From an uncultured Heliomicrobium sp. (GTDB lineage: Bacteria > Acidobacteriota > Blastocatellia > RBC074), in NCBI GenBank assembly GCA_964426025.1, contig CAYRQB010000004.1, forward strand, positions 1 to 48,033: DNA of 48,033 bases. The letters are read 5' to 3'. The notes beneath the pieces were generated by a model. The model made no database searches. It had not been told where the DNA came from and saw only the letters and a program-made list of their open reading frames with translations. The position numbers and the translations under genes were made by a program. Positions 46,540 through 48,033 of this stretch are shown piece by piece. Positions within the stretch are counted from its first letter, which is position 1. Every line of letters begins with the position of its first letter.

Positions 46540-47853
46540 TTAGGCTGCGGCTTTGGCCGAAGCGATTTCGCGAGTCTGTTTGATTGCCGATTCCGCCGCC
46601 AGTTTTGCGCTTGCCGCGCTGGCATCGGCCAGCCAACCTTCAGCGCCAATCCAATCTCCGGCCAGAAACAAACCTTTTATGTCAGGGACTTCGACGCCAG
46701 CTCTGCCGCTTAATCCGCCGTGTTCAGCCGCAGCCAGATCGTGGTTGACCGTCAACGAAGGCATAAAGCGTCGTTCGATGACCAACGCCTGCCAGCCGGG
46801 TTGAACCAGATCGAGCAATTCTTCCAGTTCATGTTCGATTGCTTTCGGGTCGGCGGGATTTTCCGAACCCAGATATTTGGCTACGTGAATGACTGCATTG
46901 CCTGTCGGCGCAAGTTTCGCCGTCGCCGAATGCACTGACAGATAAAGCGGCTGATCAATTCCAAGCGCAAAGTTATTTTCAGGCTTTGGCAAAGACTTCA
47001 GCGCAATGTCCAGACAGGCGGCTTTGACCGGAATGGTTTTTCGCGTCCATTCGCCGAGCAAAGTCTTTTCAACGCCTTCGATCAATCCGCTGACTTCGTT
47101 TGGGCTGGCGGCGATGATGACGGATGAAGCCGGTAGGAAATTTCCGTCCGCCAATCTGACGCCGGTAACCCCGCCGCTTTGATCGCGCTCGACCTTTGCT
47201 GCTCGAACTTCGGTGATGATTTTCACGCCTGCTTGTTCGGCGTTCGACCGCAAACCGTCAATCAAGGTTTGCCATCCGCCGTCCAGGTAAACGACGCTTG
47301 ATTTGAGCGCCATTTGAAACTGAGCCAGCGCCGCGCCTGCGCTTTGCCGCTCAGGATCGTGGGCGTAAGTCCCCACGCGAAAGAACGCCTGCACCAATTG
47401 TCGAGCGTCAGGATTGCGAATTTCTTTTTCCAGAAATTCGCGGACGGTCGCATGATCAAACATCGCCGGATCAATTTTCGGCAAGGTCGCCAGCATACGA
47501 GCGGCTTCGAACTTCGCTCGAAAATCCAGCAGGCTGGTTTTCAGCAATGTCTGAAATCCGGCGGGCAGGATGTGCTTCTTCCCATCCTTGATTGCCAGAC
47601 TGCCGTTTACTTTTGGAACCGCTCCGCTGAATTCGATTCCGAGTTCGCTCAGTATTTGGTAAGCCTGACCGCTGCGATAAAGCGCGTGCGGCCCCAGATT
47701 GAAAAGAACGCCGTTCTTGTTTGTTGTCGTCGCTCGTCCGCCAACCAAATGCGATTTTTCCAACAGCGTAACTTCGCAATCCGCGTTTGCCGCAAAGTTT
47801 GCAGCGGTCAAACCGGCCAGCCCTCCGCCGATGATGATTACTTTATTGCTCAC
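46540..47853 (-). CDS. FAD-dependent oxidoreductase, phytoene-desaturase (CrtI)-like family
   Basis: I place the start at GTG 47853, 5 nt after the SD AAGGAGG on the minus strand; the longest ORF extends to TTG 47910. It has the dinucleotide-binding motif VIIIGGGLAGL ... LLEK....GGR and the C-terminal FLAGDW. Confidence 0.8.
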   Translation of the reverse strand: MSNKVIIIGGGLAGLTAANFAANADCEVTLLEKSHLVGGRATTTNKNGVLFNLGPHALYRSGQAYQILSELGIEFSGAVPKVNGSLAIKDGKKHILPAGFQTLLKTSLLDFRAKFEAARMLATLPKIDPAMFDHATVREFLEKEIRNPDARQLVQAFFRVGTYAHDPERQSAGAALAQFQMALKSSVVYLDGGWQTLIDGLRSNAEQAGVKIITEVRAAKVERDQSGGVTGVRLADGNFLPASSVIIAASPNEVSGLIEGVEKTLLGEWTRKTIPVKAACLDIALKSLPKPENNFALGIDQPLYLSVHSATAKLAPTGNAVIHVAKYLGSENPADPKAIEHELEELLDLVQPGWQALVIERRFMPSLTVNHDLAAAEHGGLSGRAGVEVPDIKGLFLAGDWIGAEGWLADASAASAKLAAESAIKQTREIASAKAAA

Positions 47854-48033
47854 GTTTTCCTCCTTTGGCGCAATTTCGTTTTCCGACTTCATCACGAACC
47901 AACAGGGCAAAAGGTTACAGCCCCGAAAAAGATTTTCCGGTCAGCTTGCTCAGTTCGTGTGGATCAAAGAAGATTACAGGCAATGGTGAATCAGACGGTC
48001 GAATACATCGGAAATCACAAAACGCTGGCGGAG

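Noticed and set aside
47983-48033. Possible start of a + strand gene at the window edge (ATG 47983, MVNQTVEYIGNHKTLAE...).
   Set aside because: Only 17 codons are visible, with no clear SD, so it cannot be supported.
1-48033. Search for tRNA, rRNA, CRISPR repeats, IS/transposase ends, integrases, toxin-antitoxin pairs and known defence genes.
   Set aside because: All intergenic spacers are about 460 nt or shorter, and none shows cloverleaf-like or regularly spaced direct repeats. No ORF shows transposase, integrase or recombinase motifs. This is absence by eye only; tRNAscan-SE, Infernal, ISfinder and DefenseFinder would be needed to confirm it.

Overview
This is a 48,033-bp, densely coding bacterial chromosomal window. 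I call 37 protein-coding genes. I recognise no rRNA, tRNA, CRISPR array, transposase, integrase or prophage genes. All family assignments come from by-eye motif recognition on the supplied ORF translations and the raw sequence; nothing was searched or computed. Gene content and REP-like intergenic repeats are compatible with a soil Acidobacteriota-like genome, but that is a weak inference only.

Layout:
(i) 0.16-6.2 kb holds housekeeping genes: psuG, a DinB-family gene, an ABC-2 exporter with an inserted TPR gene, LolA, a HAD-IB phosphatase and a J-domain protein.
(ii) 6.5-17.8 kb is an osmoprotectant/alpha-glucan block. An MscS channel gene overlaps glgC, followed by treY and treS. These converge, with zero spacer, on a translationally coupled treZ + GH57 (DUF3536-type) pair.
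(iii) 17.9-21.1 kb holds an MreB-like gene and PBP2 (mrdA), without mreCD or rodA.
(iv) 21.5-30.7 kb is a stress island. It contains a degenerate-looking phosphoribosyltransferase plus USP, then a sensor kinase plus NtrC-family sigma-54 activator. A near-consensus sigma-54 promoter with two perfect upstream palindromes faces a divergent Fe/Mn-SOD-like gene. After that come a Cys-rich metallothionein-like ORF overlapping an eRF1-domain-3-like ORF, a TerB-like protein and a DUF389/OmpA-like fusion.
(v) 31.0-46.4 kb is one tightly spaced same-strand array of 11 genes, 8 of them transporters or channels: AmpG-like MFS, CaCA, NhaP/CPA1, two CPA2, two MscS and SLC13 with TrkA-C. A C-N hydrolase/GNAT pair and a soluble AAA+ ATPase are embedded in it.
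(vi) 46.5-47.9 kb holds a CrtI-like FAD oxidoreductase on the minus strand.

My best candidate for an undescribed system is the module at 37.7-42.3 kb. It pairs a CPA2 exchanger carrying a ~350-aa non-KTN helical tail with a STAND/ORC-like AAA+ ATPase that has a ~430-aa helical N-region, and MscS channels follow directly downstream. The second candidate is the sigma-54/two-component circuit wired to the SOD-like gene and the metallothionein-like/eRF1-like/TerB/DUF389 genes downstream of it.
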